64,000 bases of DNA from Azolla caroliniana. Lineage: Eukaryota > Plantae > Polypodiophyta. This document shows, piece after piece, positions 53,406 to 64,000 of the stretch. Location of the stretch: contig JBHGNT010000002.1 of NCBI GenBank assembly GCA_043228905.1, forward strand, positions 26,474,001-26,538,000, in the 5' to 3' direction. The position numbers and the translations under genes were made by a program. Position 1 is the first letter of the stretch. Each line of letters opens with the position of its first letter. Below the pieces are notes generated by a model that saw only the letters and a list, made by a program, of their open reading frames with translations, was not told the DNA's origin and ran no database searches.

Positions 53406-53595
53406 TTCAAATACGTAAAGTCTGACCTTAAATTATCATTAGTTGATTTTGGATTTACTTATTAGTGAAACATTATCGTGTTGCTTCCCTTAATAGTAAG
53501 GTTCAAATACATAAAGTCTGACCTTAAATTATCATTAGTTGATTTTGGATTTACTTATTAGTGAAACATTATCGTGTTGCTTCCCTTAGTAGTAA
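53406..53595. repeat. About 96-bp near-identical tandem duplication
   Basis: ttcaaatac(g/a)taaagtctgacc... at 53406 and 53502. Confidence 0.9.
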
Positions 53596-54969
53596 AGCCA
53601 AATAATAAGTGTCTGATACATGCTAAACCTTAACACTTCGATACAAAACGTAATTAAAGATGTTTACATATTGTAAAAGCCTTAAGCTTATGTAGAGATG
53701 GTTTACCACTTGAAATGCATGTCATCTTAGGTTAAGGCATAGCAAGGTGGGAATCAACAAAAGAGGTTTAGTTAATGACATTGGATTACCTCATTTGTAG
53801 GTTAAGGCTTTTTATCTAGTTATGAACATTCTTATCTTCCTGCCCTTTAAACTTTTAGATAATTCAATGTCATGTATCAAGATTCAAGAACAAACGTTGA
53901 GCATGAGAGACTACGCATTAATGATTATGGTTTTTTGAGGGTTGGCCTTGCACTTTCAGAGACTATGAACAAGAAAAGGGAGAGCTTCATTTGAGCTCTT
54001 TTGAGTTCTGATTATTTACAGCTTAATTTGGCACAAAGAAATATTGCAGGAGACTATATAAAAAAAAACAAGAGTTGTCAATTTACTGATCCACAAACAT
54101 TATTTGTACAATCTGATACAATGCCTAAATTTGAGATATTGGGGTGTGTTAGTTCTTGACGCTTCAATGTTAGAGAATAATAAATTTCATAAACTGTCTG
54201 TCTAAAGCCAATTAAAAACAAGGACCTTAAAACAATGCTTTTTGGCGTATGAATTTGCCTATTTCACAGAACTACCATGAAGTTATGAAGTCCACTTGGT
54301 CTGACGTTTAGAGAATCAAATTTAACATACCCATGATTTTACTATCACTGCCGATAAAAAGGTATTCTTTACAATGAATCAACATAAATCTGAGGTGCAA
54401 CATAAGAAACCGCATAACAAAGTTTCACTTACCATTGATTATTACTTTTCATCCATCCAGAACATCTTTGAAATATTTCACAAAACACTCAATTCTCTCT
54501 CCAGAAGGTAGTGTGTCGTATCGATATTGTTTGATTGATCATTACAATAAATTCAACAGATGATAAAAATAGAGCAAAACTTGAATCTCAAAGAAAGCTA
54601 CACAGCACAACACATGCTGATAAAATAAAGCAAACTCTCAAATTTGCCATCTTGCCATCAATCAAAGCTCATGCTCAAGGAGGAAAGCAACATCTATAAA
54701 CACAATAATACTATTAAGTTTAAACTTTTATTTCCACATTCGTGAGACTTTAGCAAAAATTCTATTTGCTATGAAGTTTGATCCCGTGTGAGATTTAGGT
54801 TTTTGTCCTTAAATACCAAAAACTTTCTGATCCTTCATTCAATTTCATTCACCCATCATATCATATACAATGAAGTACTAAAAATAGTGTCGAGTAGAAT
54901 ATAAAGACCTCATATTATAGAATAGTTAGTGTTAGTGAAGTTCCATAACCATCTATGCTTTTATTATTA

Positions 54970-57900
54970 TCAAACATCAGCTTTGAGAAGCATTCCAGAG
55001 AGCGTGACCTACAAAAACACCCAAAAACAATTTATCAGGAATCCACGCAATCAAGCTCTTCAGAAATCAAAAGAGGGTTTGAAGAAATTTATATTAGGTA
55101 AAAACGGTTCATACAAGCAAAGCTTTTCATGAATCAAAATAAACTAAAGCGAAAACTTATATTAAGTTTAAAAATCATGAAAATATGAAATATGTAGACC
55201 TTTTCTCCAGGTTTAAATGCCGGCATTCCTTTATATGGACAAGTACTGCATCGAAAAGCATCTCCGAGGCCACACTGAAAGAAAGATAAAATATAATAAA
55301 ACCCAGATTATATATCCAAGTTTAATAAACAACCCAACTAAAGGTTTGTTATAAACCCATGTTACTTATTAGATTAACATACAATAAAAAATCTCTTCCA
55401 GCTAACACAAAAATAAAAACAATCTTACATTGCCACATGCTGATTTGAAATTATCAATCTGTTCTTCAGTCAAGGATATTGTGACTGAGCTTTCCATTTC
55501 TGCACGACCACATGTGCAATTCTTGCATGCTTTCTTTCCGGATTTCCCCACTTCACAATCATCGACTGTATTCTCGACAGAGTTGAAAAAGATAGTCATT
55601 AAGCATTATCTTGAAAAATTATAGTTCTTGGGTTATACTTAGTAAAATCATAGAAGGGCCAAAAATGATGGTCATCACTACTAGAAAAAGCAAAAAAATG
55701 GTCTTTCAATAACAAGAATGCTGAAATGCCTTGCAAATATGATGTCTTATGATCAATGGCTTTTTCGGACAAATACCATCATCATAACTGTTCGGGGAAA
55801 TTATCAAAACTGTGGATCTGGTTTAATGTAATTCCCAAAATGCTGCTTTTAACTTCTGCAAAACCATTGCTTGATATTTAAATTCTAATTTCTAGTCACT
55901 TTGAGAATATTCGAACAGATTCTACATGATTAAACCATACTCCGTAAATATCAAGAAAAAAAGAATGAGACTTTTCAATCTAATAGATGAAATAATCATT
56001 GTTACTTTTTTAAAACAGACTAATCTTTAACTACTTGTAAAGTTAAGATTAGTTTCCCACAATTAGCAAAGGAATGAAAAAGAGCAGTCTCAAAATCTGG
56101 AATTTGTAGCATTTTGGAGACAATAATCAAGAAATTCTAGGATCATATCATCAAGTTCTTCATTTTATGTCTCTTTCAGAGATACAAAATCCAAATTTAG
56201 AAAATCCCCCTCATTGCTTGAGTGCTTAGATTTAGGTTTAAAGAACCATTTTCTTTTCAATTGATATTTCCGTTGTAAATAAAAAATAGTCAAATTTATA
56301 TGCAGAAATCCCTGAAAGAAATGATTACCTTTTGGCAGTTCAGGTCTCTTCAGATCCTCCTCTGTAAGTAGTGAATCTTCATCAATTAAATCAAATTCAT
56401 CATCGACCTCAAATGTAGGCAGCTTCACTGGACCGGCCTTTCTAGACTCTGGAGAACCAGGACCATCACAATCAAGATATTCAAAAGATGTGAGGATGTT
56501 ACATTATGCATGAATAGGCATTCATTATATGCACACAAATAATGCACCTGTTCTCGTGCAAAAAATGCAGGAAACACATGTAATCCATGAACAATCATTG
56601 AAAGGATTCCAAATATATTAACCTCATACATAAATCCTTGCAATGCCATGATCACATACAAACAAACCTAAAAATATTCATGGATTTCTTCTAACGAAAT
56701 CAATACACATAATATGAATTATTAATAAACATTATACCTTGAACAGTTGCATTTACTTTCTTTTTTAAGGTAAAAGAAGCTCCAGCTCCCCAAGTTGGTT
56801 TTACAGCTCTTATCTGGACAACAAAGAAAGTAAAAACTAAAAATTAGGTAGGATCTTTGAATGAGCAAGTCCCCAATAATCATATGACCAACTTATATTA
56901 ACATTCTCTAGAGGAGATGGATCCACACTGTAGAAGCTATCAAAATAGAACTTTCTCAAACCATATATACTATGCATACTGGTATATAGACATGAACCAA
57001 TCAATCAATTAATTGAAAATAATTCAAACAAATTCAAAAACCGAGTGTGTAAAAGATTGAGCTTTTAGCACATCATTACACATGCACAGAAAGTAGAGAA
57101 AGAAAGATATATTAACTTCTTTTAAGAGTGAGGGAAGCAGGATATAATGGCCTATAACTCTCAATGACAAGGGTGACAAGAAGCTAAAGGTGTTGGATTT
57201 GTTGAGTTAATCAAAGGTGACTTACAAAAAAAGATCGTGGACCTAAGGGGCCAAGGGAGAGAAGCTTGTGGTACAACTAGCTAAAAATAAGTATGCATTA
57301 AGGGGGTTAGGGTAGGAAAGGTGGATTGCAAGGAGATAAATGCACGAATGAGGTTAGTATAAATGTGATCGATCAAACTACACTTATAAGAACGGGGAGA
57401 CAACTTTTCCTATTCCTTTTTAGCCCCATATGCAGAAAACAGTCCAAGGTTGTTATATATGAGCATACAAAAAACAAGTCTTCTTAACAGTGTGTTGTGC
57501 AATTGTGTGCACAACAAGGCTTGCTGTTGCTGTAGTACTATGGACCAGGTTTCCACATGTTCCTATTAATACATTACATTAAAACAAACTACATCACATT
57601 GGTCGAAACTTTTATATATACATAAAACAAAGAAACATATAAGTTATATAAATGGCATATGTGGTGGTATATAGGCTTGAAGATGGCATCTGTTTCAGTT
57701 CCTAGTTGGTTTCAACAAAAGCTCAATCTGAAACATGGCTAAATAGCTGGATACGTTTTATGGATGTGGCTTGGCAGAAATGGTGAATCAAACTGGTGTG
57801 GAAGGATTCATTGTCTCTTTAAGGAACTCTTATGGCTTCCATAGAGAATTAAGGAAGGGTTGCATTGAACCAATAAACAATCTCCAAACCATGTGACAGT

Positions 57901-59850
57901 ACATTGACATGCACTGACGAAAATTTGGATTATTACAGTAACCTCACTCATTCTAAAGTTCTACAGCACTACAGTGCAGTTCAGAAAACTTAGTAGATTG
58001 ACAGAGTATGACAACAACCAAGCTACTGGAGAGTCAGATTCTAGAGTTGAGAACTGTAGCATGGATTATATATACAGTGAATACGATTGTTACACTAAGA
58101 GATCTTGTGCATTAGTATCACAAGAAAGAGCAGAATCATAGCATAATTTTCATGAGAGCAGAAAAGGTAGTTGAGACGATGCCATGAGCCAGTCCTGGAC
58201 ATATGAAATAGCTAGGTGTACTAGATGACATATATCTGGGTATACAAAAATTAGCATAAAAAGTAACCTAGCACCTCAACACATGATAAACAGGTTAGAA
58301 AAACCACATGGAGTCAAGAAAAATGTTCAGTCAGCACTCCCCCACTTGGATTGAACCATGCTGGTCGAAAAAACATTAGATTATTCTGAGCCCAAAAATA
58401 TTGGAAATTTTCTCTTTTACAGGCATAACATGATATTCATGCATGATATCGATGCATTGGAAAAGATTCTAGTGCTCACTTTTAAATGATTTTGTCAATA
58501 GGATGAATTTAAATAGGAAATCAGCTCCAAAACTAACTTCTAACAATCTAGTTCCTAACAAACTCTTGGCTGGAACAGGGAGTATACCATAGAAATTAAA
58601 TCCTAATTTCCAGAAACTCTACATGCATTAATACGCTAATCTTTTTGCAAGAACCAACACATCCAAAAAAGAACGAACAACTACAATCATCACAGATATA
58701 TGAATAGCCAAATGTAGGTATATCTAGCACTGACTATTGAATTGATTCTCATCTTATTTACACACAAATGATTCAGTTCAGAGTTTAAATTATCACCACA
58801 GTGGTATGATATAAATTATCTTCAATCCTCTTTATTACTGACTAAATTGAAAGGCACAAGCAAAGAAAATCTCATATGTATCACAAAACACTGGGTGCTT
58901 CTGATCCTTATTTAATACGTGAACAATAAACCAAGAATGTGAACAATACCATGGCAAAGTTGTCTCCATTTTCTATATGTGCCAATAGCTGTGTGTCTAT
59001 ATAACCTGTTAGGAGGAGATTTCGATCCACCTTCTCTTTATTCTGCATTATATCATAAGAAATCATGTTATTGGAAATTATATTTATAAAAAGAAATAAA
59101 CTGCATCAAAATTAGGATTTTTTATTATCTTTTGTCTCACTTGGACATCTTTGATTTCTGGTTCATGCACCACTAAGACTCCTCCTGGCTTCAAAACCTT
59201 TGCTAGATCAGAAAGTAGCATTTCTGAATGGTATCCGATGATTTGAGAGAATGATACAACTAAATCTAATGATGATTGCCCAAGCTTCAAATCGCCTGCC
59301 ATGTAGAATGAAGAAATTACAGAGGGCCATATCAGTACATCACTGTGTGAGAATCGTTTTGGAAGCATCTCATATAATTCTAAATATCCCAAGAACTATC
59401 AGATATGCCATTAAAAATAGTTCGGAACTACCATATATCACTAAAATTTTCTTTAGAACCATCACATCACTACAAATTCGTTTAGAGTTATTACAAATCA
59501 CTGCAAATGATTTTAGAACTATCACAGATCACTAAAAATTACTTTAGAGTGTCACATATCATTAGAAAGATGTTTGCTCGGTAGAATGTAACATCTATCC
59601 TCTAATACAGATTTCAAGATTTTGTCCTAACAATATGTTAGAAAAAAATGCTGCGAACATAAAAATAGAAAATAGAAAAAGAAGAAGATGTGGGAGACAA
59701 ACCTATGTTGGATGCTTGCGTGACAATATTGACACATTTTCCACCAGCGATCATGTCTTTAAATACGTCCAAAGTCCACAAAACAACCTGAGCCGGAAGA
59801 ATGACCTCATTTGTGATGATAGCAACGGCAGTGGTAGGTTTCGAATCCAT
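54970..59850 (-). CDS. DRE2: Anamorsin / DRE2 (CIAPIN1), cytosolic Fe-S assembly; exons 59703-59850, 59141-59295, 58950-59042, 56738-56813, 56329-56448, 55429-55565, 55200-55274, 54970-55008
   Basis: Methyltransferase-like LAKVLKPGG, acidic linker [17 protein letters not shown], and two Cys motifs: [16 protein letters not shown] and [30 protein letters not shown]. Confidence 0.93.
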
Positions 59851-60811
59851 AATGTGCAAATTCTATCAGAAATCTGAAAGCAAAAGCCATAAAAACAGAA
59901 CCACTGTTAATAAAACCTAACAACCAATCGGATATTCTAAAACCGTGGAATTTTTCAAAACTCTTTTCAGCGGATTTTGTCTAGAAAAACGTAAAAAAAG
60001 AAAACCCCGGAGAAAAATGTTATAAGAGGAAAGGAAAGAAAAAGAGACGTAGAAACAGCGCATCGCCATCATCATGATCAGTTATGAGGGGGAAAAACGA
60101 AAAACAAAGAATCGCGAGCCCTAATTGACCGATTGATCGGAAAGCAGAATCGTTAAAATGACAAAAGGGTCTTATTCATATTTGGTCTTACAAACCCTAA
60201 TTTCGAGGAACAACGTCAAGCACAGTTTACTACTTACACGGGCCAGAAGCTGCTTCGTTCGATGAGCACGAACCGAGCTTCAAAATTGTCTCCTTCCTGC
60301 AAATTCCTTCCTTTATATATGATGATGGTATAATAACGCGATAGCTCTAATTTGTGAAGCTATACCTCTACTTCTTGAAAACTACAAAAATAGCCCCCCA
60401 TCCCTCCCTTCACAAAATCTTTCTACATTTCCATGTTCATCCAATCTCTTTGGGGGAGGCCTTTTTGCGAAGAATCTATCAATCAATCTCTGAGAGAGTG
60501 AATGATTTTGTTGCAAGAAATTTACATGTCGTAGCCTCGCTACATCTGGCCGCTAGATTTAATTAAATAAAGCCTAGGCCGCACCCTCAACAGCCTCCAA
60601 AGTGATGATTGAACTTCATATTGGGCGGTATAGACAATCGGATTTCCCATTCATATAGGGAACTTTTATGGGATTGTGCCTTCATTCTCATACTTGGTCG
60701 ATGTAGGACTAGAATGCTCTCAAATCTATGTTTTATGCTTTTTACTTGGAGTAAAAAAGATTAGCATTAGTTGATTATAATTTTCTAGGACATTCACAAA
60801 TAAGGAAGGCA

Positions 60812-62433
60812 TGTTGCGAAGGTCACTTGGTTGTTTGGGAGTTGTTTGCATATATTATATATTCCCTTATATGATTCCTTTGGGATAGTGACTATACATT
60901 TTTCCTTCTAAAGCTTTTCACTACTTCTAGGTTGACGACATCCCATGAGGTTCTCATCTCCTTTGACTTTTCTAGACGCTTCCACGCCTTCTTTGTGCTT
61001 CCAAAAGATCTGAACCATCTTTCATTTTTCAAAAACTTCCAATCTCATCAAAACTCAAGTATTCCAAATGTACATAGTTTGGATAAGGTAAGGGAAAGCA
61101 GTATCTACTCGAAACAATTCTTGATGTTGAGCAAAGTCAAGTTGAACTAACAAAGAATAGGGGTCTCCTTGTGATGCTCTTGATATGTGAAATCCTCTAC
61201 AAAAACTTTTGGTTTGTGTTGCGAAGGTCACTTGGTTGTTTGGGAGTTGTTTGCATATATTATATATTCCCTTATATGATTCCTTTGGGATAATGACTAC
61301 ACATTTTTCCTTCTAAAGCTTTTCACTACTTCTAGGTTGACGACATCCCATGAGGTTCTCATCTCCTTTGACTTTTCTAGACGCTTCCACGCCTTCTTTG
61401 TGCTTCCAAAAGATCTGAACCATCTTTCATTTTTCAAAAACTTCCAATCTCATCAAAACTCAAGTATTCCAAATGTACATAGTTTGGATAAGGTAAGGGA
61501 AAGCAGTATCTACTCGAAACAATTCTTGATGTTGAGCAAAGTCAAGTTGAACTAACAAAGAATAGGGGTCTCCTTGTGATGCTCTTGATATGTGAAATCC
61601 TCTACAAAAACTTTTGGTTTGTGTTGCGAAGGTCACTTGGTTGTTTGGGAGTTGTTTGCATATATTATATATTCCCTTATATGATTCCTTTGGGATAATG
61701 ACTACACATTTTTCCTTCTAAAGCTTTTCACTACTTCTAGGTTGACGACATCCCATGAGGTTCTCATCTCCTTTGACTTTTCTAGACGCTTCCACGCCTT
61801 CTTTGTGCTTCCAAAAGATCTGAACCATCTTTCATTTTTCAAAAACTTCCAATCTCATCAAAACTCAAGTATTCCAAATGTACATAGTTTGGATAAGGTA
61901 AGGGAAAGCAGTATCTACTCGAAACAATTCTTGATGTTGAGCAAAGTCAAGTTGAACTAACAAAGAATAGGGGTCTCCTTGTGATGCTCTTGATATGTGA
62001 AATCCTCTACAAAAACTTTTGGTTTGTGTTGCGAAGGTCACTTGGTTGTTTGGGAGTTGTTTGCATATATTATATATTCCCTTATATGATTCCTTTGGGA
62101 TAATGACTACACATTTTTCCTTCTAAAGCTTTTCACTACTTCTAGGTTGACGACATCCCATGAGGTTCTCATCTCCTTTGACTTTTCTAGACGCTTCCGC
62201 GCCTTCTTTGTGCTTCCAAAATATCTGAACCATCTTTCATTTTTCAAAAACTTCCAATCTCATCAAAACTCAAGTATTCCAAATGTACATAGTTTGGATA
62301 AGGTAAGGGAAAGCAGTATCTACTCGAAACAATTCTTGATGTTGAGCAAAGTCAAGTTGAACTAACAAAGAATAGGGGCCTCCTTGTGATGCTCTTGATA
62401 TGTGAAATCCTCTACAAAAACTTTTGGTTTGTG
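60812..62433. repeat. Tandem array of four near-identical 405-bp units
   Basis: Units start at 60812, 61217, 61622 and 62027 (tgttgcgaaggtcacttgg). The ORF track shows the same 72-aa ORF at a 405-bp period. Confidence 0.97.
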
Positions 62434-62619
62434 AGGGTCTTTCGGTGTTTACCATGGTAACAAAGGGCCCAAGCTAGCCTCAAATAAGTTACTTTCTATT
62501 GTATGCACCTTTCTATGGTCCTACCATGAGCCCTATTTGAAAATGTTGAGGACTTCTAAGTCATTCCTTATTTCTACAGTTTACTTCACAAGGAACTCTA
62601 AAGACATATTTTTAATTGA

Positions 62620-63560
62620 ACAAACATGAATGGCCTTCTAATGGTCCGATGAAAGTAACCATAAACCTATTTTCATAGCAATAGATTTATCCCCACGAGA
62701 GCAAGTTTAGTTATTGGCATTCCTCAAAAAAAGTTTGAGGATGTAATTGTGTGGAGCTACAAATATATGAAAGGAGTACTTCTTGAATTTGTCACACATG
62801 GCATCCATGTGTAAGAAGATATCGTCCCAATTTGCCAAAGGCCTAGATGGATGAACACTTGCAATGAACACAAAGTCACAGATGAAATTGAGAAGATGCT
62901 TGAGATTGTCGTAGGTTATCCTATAGAGTGCATTGCTTGGGCGTCCCTTATAGTCTTCATACCTAAAAAACTGACACCACTATTCAAGATAACTACTTAA
63001 TGCCTTAGAACACTTGGAATGGGTAGCAGGAAAGGATTGTACATCTACAACATTCATAAATGTTTTTTATGGTTATAGCCAATTAACAGTTGCCCCACGT
63101 GACCAATATAAGACAAGTTTTGCTAAAGTGTTTGATACTTTCATTTACAAGTACATGTCATTTGGACTTGCAAGTGCCTTCATTTCTTGGTCACAACTTT
63201 GTTTCCGACCTTAGAAAAGGTCCAATAGAATCCTTCGTCAATGATTTATGTTGCAACTCTACTTGAAGGTGAGAATACCAATTATTGTTAAAACCCAATC
63301 AAAAGCCAAATTTACATAAACAAGAGTTGTTGCTAGAACACATAGTATCAAAGCATAACATCCCCATAGAAGAAAGGTTAAACTCATGTGGAAGATGTCT
63401 CCACACACAAACGAGAAGAAATTGCAACATTTGTGTGGATTATAGGAGATTCATCAAGATTATTGAGGAAAAGTAACTACCATTGTATTGGTTACTTGAA
63501 TAAATTGGTTTTGTGCCTAACTCAAATGGATTTGGTACTAGCTTATGATTCATAAGACCT
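62620..63560 (+). mobile_element. Decayed Ty3/gypsy pol (reverse transcriptase) remnant
   Basis: Fragments read FEDVIVWSYKYMKG..VTHGI, PICQRPRWMN..KVTDEIEKML..YPIE..WASLIVFIPKK and GYSQLTVAPRDQYKTSF..FIYKYMSFGLASA, interrupted by stops and frameshifts. Confidence 0.8.
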
Positions 63561-64000
63561 ACTCTAATAAACTCTTGAGTTCCCCATAACAATACAATAT
63601 ATCAACATGGTTGATTAAAGAATTTAAGATTACATATATATATATACTATCACCCATATAAAGGCTTCTACTAAAGAATGCAGACTTACAAATATAACAA
63701 ATGCACCCACAAAAGGATGTTATCCCTTGGGAAGTTATGAAGCAACAAGGACATGTTGCCCTAGTTCCAAGAAAATAGACTAGAAGTTTACCTAGAAATA
63801 AAGCTTTGCTCCAAGATACATATTAGATTAAAGAAGTTGTAAATTATGTAGCTAGAAAATTGAATAAAGATAAATTGGTTTTTAATTATTTGTTTATGAT
63901 GAAGAGTGTTGACTAATTGTCCTTCAATGATGATGTCATGAGCTTTTTACGAAAGTTGGTAATAAAAGCGCTCACTCTCTCATTTAGCTCCTCTGTGCTC

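Noticed and set aside
60932-62365. Four copies of a 72-aa ORF; possible CRISPR-like or gene array
   Set aside because: The ORFs start at TTG and only reflect the 405-bp repeat. There are no unique spacers or cas genes, and the DNA is eukaryotic.

Overview
Eukaryotic nuclear DNA from a land plant. It is AT-rich, with GT-AG introns and many microsatellites, and the PLS-PPR and LINE sequences look fern-like (taxonomy is inference only). Six spliced protein-coding genes can be assembled by hand: (1) an unusual SPFH/band-7 protein with three tandem SPFH1-type repeats and a long disordered N-terminus (+, 3980-9323); (2) a BIM-type bHLH factor (+); (3) VPS51 (-); (4) an LLM-domain B-GATA factor (+); (5) a 3-hydroxybutyryl/3-hydroxyacyl-CoA dehydrogenase (-); (6) anamorsin/DRE2 (-). 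Between them are two LINE remnants, a decayed PLS-class PPR pseudogene, a hAT-like MITE with an 8-bp TSD, a fold-back element, many local tandem duplications, and a young 4 x 405-bp array joined to a decayed Ty3/gypsy pol. The best novelty candidate is the vacuolin-like multi-repeat SPFH gene, which also carries a palindromic DNA motif that recurs upstream of two other genes. All exon models were read by eye and no database searches were run.
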